Translations under genes and position numbers: made by a program
Assembly (NCBI GenBank): GCA_902612965.1
Contig: CACMFN010000007.1
Location: 26,506-90,505, forward strand
Origin: an uncultured SAR116 cluster alpha proteobacterium
GTDB lineage: Bacteria; Pseudomonadota; Alphaproteobacteria; Puniceispirillales; GCA-002684695
Direction: 5' to 3'
Length of the DNA stretch: 64,000 nucleotides
The notes under the pieces: model-generated
What the model was told of the DNA's origin: nothing
Seen by the model: the letters and a program-made list of their open reading frames with translations, nothing else
Databases searched by the model: none
Shown: positions 12,035 through 20,626 of the stretch, one piece after another
Numbering within the stretch: the stretch's first letter is position 1
Layout of the letters: each line of letters begins with the position of its first letter

Positions 12035-13486
12035 TTAGCCTACACTACCTTCAAGACTAATACCTATTAACTTTTGTGCCTCTACTGAAAACTCCATAGG
12101 AAGTTCTTTCATAACTTCCTTACAAAAGCCATTTACAATCAATGAAACTGCCTCCTCTTCTGAAAGACCTCGAGAAAGACAATAAAATAATTGATCCTCA
12201 CTTATCTTGCTTGTTGTAGCCTCATGCTCAATATTAGCTGAAGGGTTTTTTGACGTAATGTAGGGAATAGTATGTGCGCCACATTTATCACCAATTAATA
12301 AGCTGTCACATTGAGTAAAATTTCTTGCATTTTTTGCACCAGGTTGCATCAAAACCTTTCCTCTGTATGTGTTTTGTGATTTACCTGCAGATATTCCCTT
12401 TGATATTATTGTTGATTTTGTATTTTTTCCAAGATGAATCATTTTTGTTCCTGTGTCAGCTTGCTGAAAGTTATTTGTTATAGCTACAGAATAAAATTCT
12501 CCAACTGAGTTATCACCATGTAAAATACATGATGGATATTTCCAAGTAACTGCAGACCCTGTCTCGACTTGTGTCCAGCTAATTTTAGAATTCTTTCCTA
12601 AGCAAGACCCTCTTTTTGTAACAAAATTGAAAATTCCACCTTTCCCATTCTCATCTCCAGGAAACCAATTTTGGACAGTAGAATACTTGATTTCAGCATT
12701 GTCATGAGTAATTAACTCTACAACTGCTGCATGAAGCTGGTTTTCATCTCTTTGTGGCGCCGTACAACCTTCTAAATATGAAACGTAAGAGTCATCATCA
12801 GCAATAATTAATGTTCTTTCAAATTGACCAGTATTCTTTTCATTTATTCTAAAATAAGTTGATAATTCCATTGGACATCTTACACCTTTTGGTATGTAAA
12901 CGAATGAACCATCAGTAAAAACTGCACTATTCAATGCGGAAAAATAATTATCGTGCCGAGGTATAACAGAACCAATATATTTTTTTACTAACTCTGGATG
13001 AGTTTTAATAGCTTCACTAATTGGACAAAATATAACACCTTTCTCTTCCAGTTGTTTTCTAAAAGTTGTGACCACAGAAACTGAGTCAAATACAGCATCA
13101 ACTGCGACACCAGCTAATGCTTTTTGCTCATTAAGGGGGATACCAAGCTTTTCGTATGTTTTTAATAATTCAGGATCTACCTCATCTAAACTCTTCAGTT
13201 TTTCTGTATTTTTTGGAGCAGAATAATAATAAATGTCTTGATAATCTATTTTTGGATAATTAACTTTAGCCCATTCCGGTTCTTTCATTTTTTTCCAGAT
13301 TTCAAAAGCTTTAAGTCTCCAATCTAGCATCCACTCAGGCTCATTTTTTTTTGAAGATATTAATCTAATAATATTTTCATCTAACCCTTTAGGAGCCTTA
13401 TCGACTTCTAAATCAGTTGAAAAACCATATTTATATTTAGACGTAGCCAGATTAACCTGTTCAATAGTCTCTTCTTGAATTGGCAA
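12035..13486 (-). CDS. sufB: Fe-S cluster assembly protein SufB
   Basis: [21 protein letters not shown] and EHEATTS motifs. TTG start with GGAG 7 nt upstream. Confidence 0.97.
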   Translation of the reverse strand: MPIQEETIEQVNLATSKYKYGFSTDLEVDKAPKGLDENIIRLISSKKNEPEWMLDWRLKAFEIWKKMKEPEWAKVNYPKIDYQDIYYYSAPKNTEKLKSLDEVDPELLKTYEKLGIPLNEQKALAGVAVDAVFDSVSVVTTFRKQLEEKGVIFCPISEAIKTHPELVKKYIGSVIPRHDNYFSALNSAVFTDGSFVYIPKGVRCPMELSTYFRINEKNTGQFERTLIIADDDSYVSYLEGCTAPQRDENQLHAAVVELITHDNAEIKYSTVQNWFPGDENGKGGIFNFVTKRGSCLGKNSKISWTQVETGSAVTWKYPSCILHGDNSVGEFYSVAITNNFQQADTGTKMIHLGKNTKSTIISKGISAGKSQNTYRGKVLMQPGAKNARNFTQCDSLLIGDKCGAHTIPYITSKNPSANIEHEATTSKISEDQLFYCLSRGLSEEEAVSLIVNGFCKEVMKELPMEFSVEAQKLIGISLEGSVG

Positions 13487-13499
13487 TTATATACTCCAG

Positions 13500-13952
13500 T
13501 TAAGTATGTAATACAGAAGTATCTGTATTTTGGGTTTTAAGAAAATCTTCGGGATTCAGCAAATCACTTAATGATACACTCTTTAGTGCTTCTAAAATAG
13601 CATTATTGGCCTTGTTCCAATTTCCACTTAAGAGACAAATTGATTGAGTACTACATAAATCATCCGATTCATCTAAACAAGCAGTAATCGCAATAGGACC
13701 ATCAATTGATTCAACTATTTCTGCAACATTTATCTCAGATGGCGCAATTTCGCAGTAATAACCTCCATTTGCTCCTCTACCTGCAAGTATTAAGTTAGCT
13801 TTATTTAGAAGTTTACAAACCTTAGCAACTGTAGGAACAGGCAAACCCGTATCTTCCGAAATTTTTGACGTTGAAAATTTGTTAGGGTATCTACTAGATA
13901 ACAGACCTAATATAACTACGGCATAATCTGTGATTTTATTAAGCTTAATCAT
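13500..13952 (-). CDS. Rrf2-family (IscR-like) SUF system regulator
   Basis: DYAV N-terminus, GRGANGGY winged helix, three conserved Cys (C-x7-C-x5-C); first gene of the suf operon. Confidence 0.9.
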   Translation of the reverse strand: MIKLNKITDYAVVILGLLSSRYPNKFSTSKISEDTGLPVPTVAKVCKLLNKANLILAGRGANGGYYCEIAPSEINVAEIVESIDGPIAITACLDESDDLCSTQSICLLSGNWNKANNAILEALKSVSLSDLLNPEDFLKTQNTDTSVLHT

Positions 13953-13974
13953 TTTAATTACTCAGTTATATTAA

Positions 13975-13991
13975 TTTAGATTAATTCTAAA
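13975..13991. promoter_or_regulatory. Iron control element (ICE, Irr-box)-like palindrome upstream of the suf operon
   Basis: TTTAGAT-TAA-TTCTAAA differs at one position from the TTTAGAA-N3-TTCTAAA consensus. It sits 23-39 nt upstream of the Rrf2 start, next to a TTGAAT -35-like hexamer (13995-14000, minus strand). Confidence 0.55.
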
Positions 13992-14026
13992 AAAATTCAA
14001 GTTTAATAAATTTAATTGATAAAATA

Positions 14027-14407
14027 TTAATTAACTGAGGTGCTTTTTAGTATGTAACGACCATTTAAAACATCACTAAAAAGTACATCAACATCAGGAT
14101 GATGAATAGGACCAGATTCAGAATCAGGTAAAAGGTTTTGCTGACTAACGTAAGCTGAATAAAAAGTTTCAGAGTTTTCAGCAAGCAGATGATAAAAAGG
14201 CTGGTCTTTTCTAGGACGACTTTCTTCAGGAATTGACTGATACCATTCTTCGGTATTTGAAAATTCAGGGTCTATATCCACAATAACACCTCTAAATTTG
14301 TACAGTCTATGTTTTACAACATCGCCAATGTTAAAAGCTGGTGAAACAACCAATACATCTGATTGTAAATGAGTATTTTCCATATTATCGATAGTATTAG
14401 AAGTCAT
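14027..14407 (-). CDS. hspQ: Heat shock protein HspQ (YccV-like)
   Basis: FNIGDVVKHR, RGVIVDIDP, QPFYHLLAE and AYVSQQNL motifs. Confidence 0.92.
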   Translation of the reverse strand: MTSNTIDNMENTHLQSDVLVVSPAFNIGDVVKHRLYKFRGVIVDIDPEFSNTEEWYQSIPEESRPRKDQPFYHLLAENSETFYSAYVSQQNLLPDSESGPIHHPDVDVLFSDVLNGRYILKSTSVN

Positions 14408-14417
14408 TTAGTCAGTC

Positions 14418-14603
14418 TTATATTTTATCTGAAACTTTAAGAAATTCCTTACCTCGGTACATTCCGGTCTTTAAATCGATATGATGAGGTCTGTGTAACT
14501 CTCCAGTATCCTTATCTTCAACGTAAGCATTGTTTTTCAGCCTATCATGTGATCTTCGCATACCTCTTTTGGATGATGAAACTTTACTTTTAGGAACAGC
14601 CAT
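14418..14603 (-). CDS. rpmF: 50S ribosomal protein L32 (Zn-free form)
   Basis: [19 protein letters not shown]...HRPHH...GMYRG. Confidence 0.97.
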   Translation of the reverse strand: MAVPKSKVSSSKRGMRRSHDRLKNNAYVEDKDTGELHRPHHIDLKTGMYRGKEFLKVSDKI

Positions 14604-14637
14604 TTTTATATCTCTCTTACTTAAATTTAAATATTAA

Positions 14638-14733
14638 TTATAGAGGAAGTTGCATCCAATCAGGAATATAAGAACAACTACTTATAATGATAGGTAAAGA
14701 TAACAATATTATTTTTAAAACGATTTTATTCAT
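14638..14733 (-). CDS. Putative 31-aa micro-lipoprotein (below the ORF-track cutoff)
   Basis: ATG 14733 to TAA 14638 encodes MNKIVLKIILLSLPIIISSCSYIPDWMQLPL: basic N-region, hydrophobic core and an ISS-C lipobox at Cys20. It fills the gap between the tRNA and rpmF on the same strand. Confidence 0.55.
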   Translation of the reverse strand: MNKIVLKIILLSLPIIISSCSYIPDWMQLPL

Positions 14734-14754
14734 TATTTCTACTTTCAATATAAT

Positions 14755-14830
14755 TGGTGGAGCTGGACGGGATCGAACCGACGACCTGAAGCTTGCAAAG
14801 CTACCGCTCTCCCAACTGAGCTACAGCCCC
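14755..14830 (-). tRNA. tRNA-Ala(UGC)
   Basis: Reverse complement GGGGCTGTAGCTCAGTTGGGAGAGCGGTAGCTTTGCAAGCTTCAGGTCGTCGGTTCGATCCCGTCCAGCTCCACCA: 76 nt, cloverleaf, TGC anticodon, G3:U70 Ala identity pair, encoded CCA. Confidence 0.97.
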
Positions 14831-14842
14831 TTAATAAAATGA

Positions 14843-14873
14843 TTTTATGCTCACTTTATTGGTAAAAGGTCAA
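14843..14873 (-). promoter_or_regulatory. Probable sigma70 promoter for the tRNA-Ala unit
   Basis: TTGACC (14873-14868), then after 18-20 nt CATAAA/TAAAAT, just upstream of the tRNA 5' end. Confidence 0.45.
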
Positions 14874-14886
14874 GCAAAAAAAACAT

Positions 14887-15738
14887 TTATTTTAAATTGA
14901 TTTCTTTTAACCTTTCTTGCAAATAATCATGAGCAGTTGTTCCAGGCTTTAAAATTACTTCATTTCTAGGATGCATAAACATTGGAAGGGAAAACCTAGA
15001 TACATTTTGATTTGAGCTTTCAGGATTCACAACTCTATGGCTTGTGGATGGGAAGTATCCTCCAGAGGCCATTTGCAACATGTCTCCTACGTTTACTGTG
15101 ATCATACCTTTATCTACAGGAACCTTATGCCATTTACCATCTTTATCCATTGCTTCAAGACCAGGTTGGCTTCCAGAAACCAAAAGTGTTATAAGATTTA
15201 TATCTTCATGGGCAGCAGCCCTTATAGCGCCTTTTTCAATTTTTTCTTCTATTGGGGGATAATGCAATACTCTAAGTAAATTTCTATCACTGCCTTTAAC
15301 CATATTAAAAAGCGATTCTGAAAAAAGTTCTTGAATATTTTCTGGTGTTAGTTCATCTAACCAACCTAAAAGCATATTTCCTAAATTAGTCAATTGAGTG
15401 TATAATGTTCTGGTATTTGCAGACAGATAGTTGGGTAAATTACTATTTGGATATACATGAAAGAATTCTTTTAAATCTTTAACAGGATTATCTTTCGCAC
15501 TTTCACTTCTAAATGGGAAAAAACCGTCTTGTGTGTCTGTATTGAATTTGTAATCGTATTTATCCTTAGAATTAAAAAACTGCTTCCATTCTTCATATAC
15601 GTTATCTATAAGTTCGAATGAAATTCCATGATTTTCCATTACAGCGAAACCAGTATTTTGGAATGAAGTAAAAAAATCATTTTTTGCATTTTCATTATTG
15701 ACGTCTATTCTTTGAATTTTAAACATATAAAGCATCAT
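14887..15738 (-). CDS. 2-oxoglutarate/Fe(II)-dependent oxygenase, isopenicillin N synthase family
   Basis: TGFA, DLKEFF, LRVLHYPP, HED and a second His (STSHRV), RFS 2OG-binding motif. True start may be Met at 15726. Confidence 0.88.
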   Translation of the reverse strand: MMLYMFKIQRIDVNNENAKNDFFTSFQNTGFAVMENHGISFELIDNVYEEWKQFFNSKDKYDYKFNTDTQDGFFPFRSESAKDNPVKDLKEFFHVYPNSNLPNYLSANTRTLYTQLTNLGNMLLGWLDELTPENIQELFSESLFNMVKGSDRNLLRVLHYPPIEEKIEKGAIRAAAHEDINLITLLVSGSQPGLEAMDKDGKWHKVPVDKGMITVNVGDMLQMASGGYFPSTSHRVVNPESSNQNVSRFSLPMFMHPRNEVILKPGTTAHDYLQERLKEINLK

Positions 15739-15874
15739 TGTTTGTTAATTTCATAAATTATTTTTACTGAATTAGCATTTAAATGCAAATAAAAGAAATT
15801 GAATGTTTTAAAGTTTAGTATATACTAATTTTTAAATATCAACCTAATATAATTAATATTAGCTAAATCAAGTA

Positions 15875-17038
15875 ATGAATTATTTTTCGATAAAACTAGA
15901 AAGTGATTTAATCTTAAAAACAATTTTATTAATATTTTTATTATTAGTAGTTGGTTTTGTGCTTAATAATTTTTTAATAAGTTTAGAATTCGAGCTTATT
16001 GAAATTATAATAAACAGTATTTCTGATGCATATTTGCAAGTATCTGTTTTTGTAGCAGCTGTATTATTAATATTTTACGGATTTGAAAGTTTATTTGGCA
16101 TAAACCTTAACAGGAAATTACAAAATAGTGGAATTTATCAAGTGCCTGTAGCTTCAGCACTAGGAGCTTTACCTGGCTGTGGGGGGGCTATCCTTGTTAT
16201 TACACAATTCACAAAAGGGGGCATAAGCTTTGGTTCAGTTGTTGCTGTATTAACATCTACAATGGGTGATGCAGCTTTCCTTTTAATAGCAAGCAAGCCA
16301 AAGACAGGGATTTTTATTATTATTCTCGGTTTTGTCGTCGGTGTAATGTCTGGTTGGTTTGTAGATTTGACACATCCAAAAAATTATCTAACCCCTAAAG
16401 AAAAAAATATTTCAGTTAATAATAAAAGAGAAAAAGAGATAAGTACAAATTTCAAAATCATTTGGACTGTATTGATCGTACCAGGTTTGATTATAGGAAT
16501 AATGATGGCATTTCAATTTGATGTGGATGAATACTTTAAAATTGGTTCAATACAGAATATTGCTTCTTTATTTGGATTTTTAGCAGGCTTGTCATTAATA
16601 ATTTTTCATTTAGTTGCTTGTAAAGGCAAGTTTCATAAAAAAACATCACTCGATGGAGGCTCTTCATTTGAGAGAACATATTTAGATACAAACTTTGTAA
16701 CAATTTGGGTAGTTATTGCATTTTTATTATTTGAGTTAATTATTTATTATACAGCTTTTGACTTAAGAAGTGTTTTTAATAGTTACGTTTTTTTAACTCC
16801 TTTAATGGCTGTCCTTATTGGCTTTATTCCTGGATGTGGCCCTCAAATAATTATAACTAGCACCTATCTTATGGGAATAATACCGCTCTCAGCTCAAATT
16901 GGAAATGCTATCAGTAATGATGGTGATGCTCTCTTCCCAGTATTAGCAATTTCACCAAAAGTTGGGTTAATTGCTACTCTATATAGTGCTGTACCAGCAA
17001 TAATTGTTAGTTATGGTTATCTTTTAATTTTTGAATAA
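15875..17038 (+). CDS. Putative manganese/metal transporter (DUF2899 / ArsP_2-like permease)
   Basis: Multi-TM protein with two repeated modules, GALPGCGG...TMGDAAF and GFIPGCGP...SNDGDALF. Confidence 0.75.
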   Translation: MNYFSIKLESDLILKTILLIFLLLVVGFVLNNFLISLEFELIEIIINSISDAYLQVSVFVAAVLLIFYGFESLFGINLNRKLQNSGIYQVPVASALGALPGCGGAILVITQFTKGGISFGSVVAVLTSTMGDAAFLLIASKPKTGIFIIILGFVVGVMSGWFVDLTHPKNYLTPKEKNISVNNKREKEISTNFKIIWTVLIVPGLIIGIMMAFQFDVDEYFKIGSIQNIASLFGFLAGLSLIIFHLVACKGKFHKKTSLDGGSSFERTYLDTNFVTIWVVIAFLLFELIIYYTAFDLRSVFNSYVFLTPLMAVLIGFIPGCGPQIIITSTYLMGIIPLSAQIGNAISNDGDALFPVLAISPKVGLIATLYSAVPAIIVSYGYLLIFE

Positions 17039-17064
17039 TACACAAATATGATATCTGTGTTTCT

Positions 17065-17985
17065 ATGAATATTCTTGTCTATGGTATTGGAGCTATGGGC
17101 TCTATTTACGCCTCTCTTCTATCGAGGTCAAGTAATAAAGTATATGTTGTTGACCCTTGGAAAGAACATATATCAGAAATTAAAAAAAATGGTTTAAAGA
17201 TAGCGGGCGCTAGTGGCAATTATATTTATAAAAATATAAATGCATCATTTTCAATTCCCAAAAAAATAAAATTTGACTTGATAATAATTGCAACTAAAGC
17301 GAGTGGTGTAAAGAAAGCTGCTCAAGATATAAAAGAATATACCAATAATAAAACAATAATTATATCAATTCAAAATGGCATTGGATCGACTGATGATTTA
17401 AAATTATATATACCAAAAAATAATATTATTATTGGTGTTGCAGACGGATTTGGAGCGTCAATTGTAAAACCTGGCCACATCCATCATAATGCAATGAAGT
17501 TAATAAGACTTGGTGAATTAGATAATAAAGTAACAGAAAGATTAAATCTAATTTGCGATTTATGGTCAAAAGCTGGATTTAATGTTTTAGCTTATGATAA
17601 TATAAATCAATTAATTTGGGAAAAATTTATCTGTAACGTTACCTTTAGTGCTCCTTGTACTGTATATGAGTGTTCTGTAGGAGAAATAATTAATAATCAT
17701 GATTATTGGAAAGTTGCTTCTGGATGTGCACTTGAAGCCTTTGAAATTGCAATGAAGAAAAATATCCCTCTCTCATTTGATGCCCCAATTGAATACGTTA
17801 GAAATTTTGGTTTAAAAATGCCTAAAGCTAAGCCATCTATGTATTTAGACCATTTATCAAAAAGAAAATCAGAAATAGACTTTATTAATGGAAGGGTAGG
17901 AATTATGGGGGAGGAATTGAATATTAAAACACCATATAATTTTATACTATCGTCCATTGTAAGGCAAAAAGAACTTGTTTTTTAA
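17065..17985 (+). CDS. panE: 2-dehydropantoate 2-reductase (ketopantoate reductase family)
   Basis: GIGAMG Rossmann motif, ATKA, IQNGIG, WEKF, SMYLD and SEIDFING motifs. Confidence 0.85.
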   Translation: MNILVYGIGAMGSIYASLLSRSSNKVYVVDPWKEHISEIKKNGLKIAGASGNYIYKNINASFSIPKKIKFDLIIIATKASGVKKAAQDIKEYTNNKTIIISIQNGIGSTDDLKLYIPKNNIIIGVADGFGASIVKPGHIHHNAMKLIRLGELDNKVTERLNLICDLWSKAGFNVLAYDNINQLIWEKFICNVTFSAPCTVYECSVGEIINNHDYWKVASGCALEAFEIAMKKNIPLSFDAPIEYVRNFGLKMPKAKPSMYLDHLSKRKSEIDFINGRVGIMGEELNIKTPYNFILSSIVRQKELVF

Positions 17986-18767
17986 GTTCGTTTTTCTGCA
18001 TAAAAATGACCTGGTCTGTGCTCACCCTTCTCAAGAACTTCAATCATTTTCTTCCAAATATTTAATGTGCCTTCAGCATCCTCATTACCAAGTATTTTAA
18101 TTAATTTTTCTTTATAAATAGTTGACAAATCATTTAATTCTTTTTTTGCTAAATTTAAATACCATTTATTCCTGTCAGTAAGTTTTATATTTTTAAATCC
18201 AGCATTTTTAAGGGCATTACCATATCTCTGAAGTGAACACATGTTCATGCTTAGTCCCTCTAATTTTATGTATTCTTGCATTAATTTAGAAGGCGCATTA
18301 TCGTCTATTCGCATCCAGTCACCAACACATAAAAATCCACCTGGTTTTAAAACTCTATACAAATCCTCTACTAACCTCTCTTTATCAAGAATATGCAAAA
18401 ACGTATCTTTACTAAATATTACATCAAAAGAAAGATCATCAAATGGCAGTTCACCTGGTTGAATAACCTCAAAATCAACTTTCTTTTTTTCTATTAAATT
18501 TGATTTAAGCGCGTTAGCTCTTTTTATAACCATTTCCTCAACGTCAACCCCCAAAACATAATTTGGTGAATGATTTTTGATAAAATGGAATGCAGCGCTA
18601 CCACAACCACACCCAATATCTAAAATTTTTTTATTTTTTAATGATTTATTATTTAAAATCAAATCAATTTCAGAAGCACCTCCAGGAGATAAATAACCCT
18701 CACCCCATATCATTTCCAGAGTATCAATTTGCTTTTTCCCATATTCACCTTCGTCTGTAATACTCAT
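17982..18767 (-). CDS. SAM-dependent methyltransferase, phosphoethanolamine N-methyltransferase-like
   Basis: IWGEGYLSPGG, LDIGCGCG (motif I), FDVIFSKDTFLHI and LKPGG motifs. Confidence 0.8.
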   Translation of the reverse strand: MSITDEGEYGKKQIDTLEMIWGEGYLSPGGASEIDLILNNKSLKNKKILDIGCGCGSAAFHFIKNHSPNYVLGVDVEEMVIKRANALKSNLIEKKKVDFEVIQPGELPFDDLSFDVIFSKDTFLHILDKERLVEDLYRVLKPGGFLCVGDWMRIDDNAPSKLMQEYIKLEGLSMNMCSLQRYGNALKNAGFKNIKLTDRNKWYLNLAKKELNDLSTIYKEKLIKILGNEDAEGTLNIWKKMIEVLEKGEHRPGHFYAEKRT

Positions 18768-18788
18768 AAATTGACCTCAAAATTTTTA

Positions 18789-19409
18789 TTAAGAAAAATT
18801 AAACATATTTGATAGAATAAATAAAATTAAAAAAATCATAAATATAATAATAACAATATTTAAATACTTCCATATTGTTGAATTATTGACATACCTAGAA
18901 AAATACTTTGATAAATATCCAATAGTATAAAAAAATAAAAATGAGCTTATAGAAGCACCAATACCAAAGTTAATTTTCTCAAAGATTGTGAAACTTTTAG
19001 TCAAATTACCAAAAATGAAAACAGTGTCTGAATATACGTGAGGATTAAGAAAAGTAAATCCAATTAAATTAAAAAGAACAGTTTTGAAATTTATCTTTTT
19101 ATTATTAAATTCGATAACATTATCAGAAAAAATTTCTTTTAATTTTAATCCAATAAAGTTTGCTAAAAATAAAATTAAGAAAAAATTCAATAATAAATTA
19201 ATATTGTAAGTGAAGTACGTTTCAAAGTAATGGAATAACAAAATCCCTACAAATATCAATAATAAATCAGATAATGAGCAAAAAAAACATACAAAAAAAA
19301 CAAACTGCTTTTTTAATCCTTGTTCTATTACAAAAAGATTTTGTGGACCTATAACAAGGATAAAACTTAGCCCAGTGAAAAAACCAAAAGTTATAAAATT
19401 TAATTCCAT
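18789..19409 (-). CDS. LysE/ArgO-family amino acid exporter
   Basis: IGPQNLFVIEQGL and TFLNPHVYSDT motifs; about six hydrophobic segments. Confidence 0.85.
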   Translation of the reverse strand: MELNFITFGFFTGLSFILVIGPQNLFVIEQGLKKQFVFFVCFFCSLSDLLLIFVGILLFHYFETYFTYNINLLLNFFLILFLANFIGLKLKEIFSDNVIEFNNKKINFKTVLFNLIGFTFLNPHVYSDTVFIFGNLTKSFTIFEKINFGIGASISSFLFFYTIGYLSKYFSRYVNNSTIWKYLNIVIIIFMIFLILFILSNMFNFS

Positions 19410-19473
19410 ATTTTATTTGTAAATAAAGACAATTATTAATTGAAAATATTTTTTTTATTCTTAACTTATAAAA

Positions 19474-19959
19474 ATGTTAAGTTTAATTAAATACCTTTCT
19501 GTTGTTTTACTTATATTGTACCCATTTAATTTATTAGCATTTAATAACTCTGATAAAGAGGAATGGCATGATATTGTTAAACAATACTTTCTAGATTATG
19601 AAAACGGTTTAAATGAATATAAAAATAAAAATTATAATAAAGCTTTTCAAATTTTCTTAACTCTTGCTAATTCAGGAGATGCAAGAGCTCAATCAGATAT
19701 TGCTGGGATGTATTTTAATGGATGGGGTGTAGAAGTTAATTACAAAAAAGCATTTCAATGGTATGAGAAAGCCTCCAAAAATGGAAATACATATGCTCAA
19801 TATAAGCTTGGTGATATGTATTGGAATGGATTTGGCGTTAAAGTTAATACTGATACAGCACAAATTTGGTGGAAAAAGGCTGCTGATAACGGATATAAGG
19901 ATGCCCAATTTAATTTACCATATCAGTACTGTCATTTAAATAAACCTCAATGCCAATAA
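19474..19959 (+). CDS. Secreted Sel1-repeat (TPR-like) protein
   Basis: Signal peptide; repeats AQSDIAGMYFNGWGV...AFQWYEKAS and AQYKLGDMYWNGFGV...WWKKAADNG. Confidence 0.88.
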   Translation: MLSLIKYLSVVLLILYPFNLLAFNNSDKEEWHDIVKQYFLDYENGLNEYKNKNYNKAFQIFLTLANSGDARAQSDIAGMYFNGWGVEVNYKKAFQWYEKASKNGNTYAQYKLGDMYWNGFGVKVNTDTAQIWWKKAADNGYKDAQFNLPYQYCHLNKPQCQ

Positions 19960-19969
19960 AGATTTATAA

Positions 19970-20497
19970 TTAAAAACTATAATTCAATCTTAAAATTAAT
20001 TCGTCATCGTAAAAGCTATGAATTTTTTTTCCATGTTTATAATCTATCCATGGTTGACCAGTTCCACAATGAAATTCACGGTCAAATTTATCATAACAAG
20101 GCTTTTCTTTGATTGAACCACCAATCTTAAAAGCATTATTAAAGCCAAAAATAAATTTTAAATTTTCTAATTCTTTACTAATCAAAAAACCCATAGAATA
20201 AATAGGCTTCACTTCAAGCAAATTACTTTTATAACCATTATCAAAATTGACTGGGAAAATCAGTAAGTTTGAATTTATTTTATATAAAATATTAGTCTTT
20301 AAATTGATCTCAGTATTTTGAGATTTATAATAATTTCCAAGATGAAATTTTTCTCCATTAGGAGCTATAAAATTTCCATCCCAAACATGGGTCTGTAAAT
20401 AATTACTTGATCCTTTTGTATCTGCAAAAATTATATTATTTCCAGAATAAACAGGGTTAGAAATCAGAGTTAATATTAATGCTATCAGCTTTTTCAT
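19970..20497 (-). CDS. Hypothetical secreted protein with a C-terminal beta-signal (possible small outer-membrane barrel)
   Basis: Signal peptide MKKLIALILTLISNPVYS, alternating hydrophobic strands, Cys pair PCYDKFDREFHC and C-terminus LILRLNYSF. Confidence 0.65.
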   Translation of the reverse strand: MKKLIALILTLISNPVYSGNNIIFADTKGSSNYLQTHVWDGNFIAPNGEKFHLGNYYKSQNTEINLKTNILYKINSNLLIFPVNFDNGYKSNLLEVKPIYSMGFLISKELENLKFIFGFNNAFKIGGSIKEKPCYDKFDREFHCGTGQPWIDYKHGKKIHSFYDDELILRLNYSF

Positions 20498-20626
20498 TTT
20501 GACAATCTTTGTTAATACAATTTGTTGGATAAATTTTCATAGGTATTAGTATATTATTTCCAAAATTATCATTTACATTTGAGCAACCTATTAAAAAAAA
20601 AATTAAAATTATAGTTTTTGATTTTC

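Noticed and set aside
8087..13952. suf operon lacking sufE/sufU
   Set aside because: Rrf2-sufBCDS-sufT-sufA with sufE elsewhere is a usual alphaproteobacterial arrangement.
14418..14603. L32 without zinc-ribbon cysteines
   Set aside because: The Zn-free form is normal in Alphaproteobacteria.
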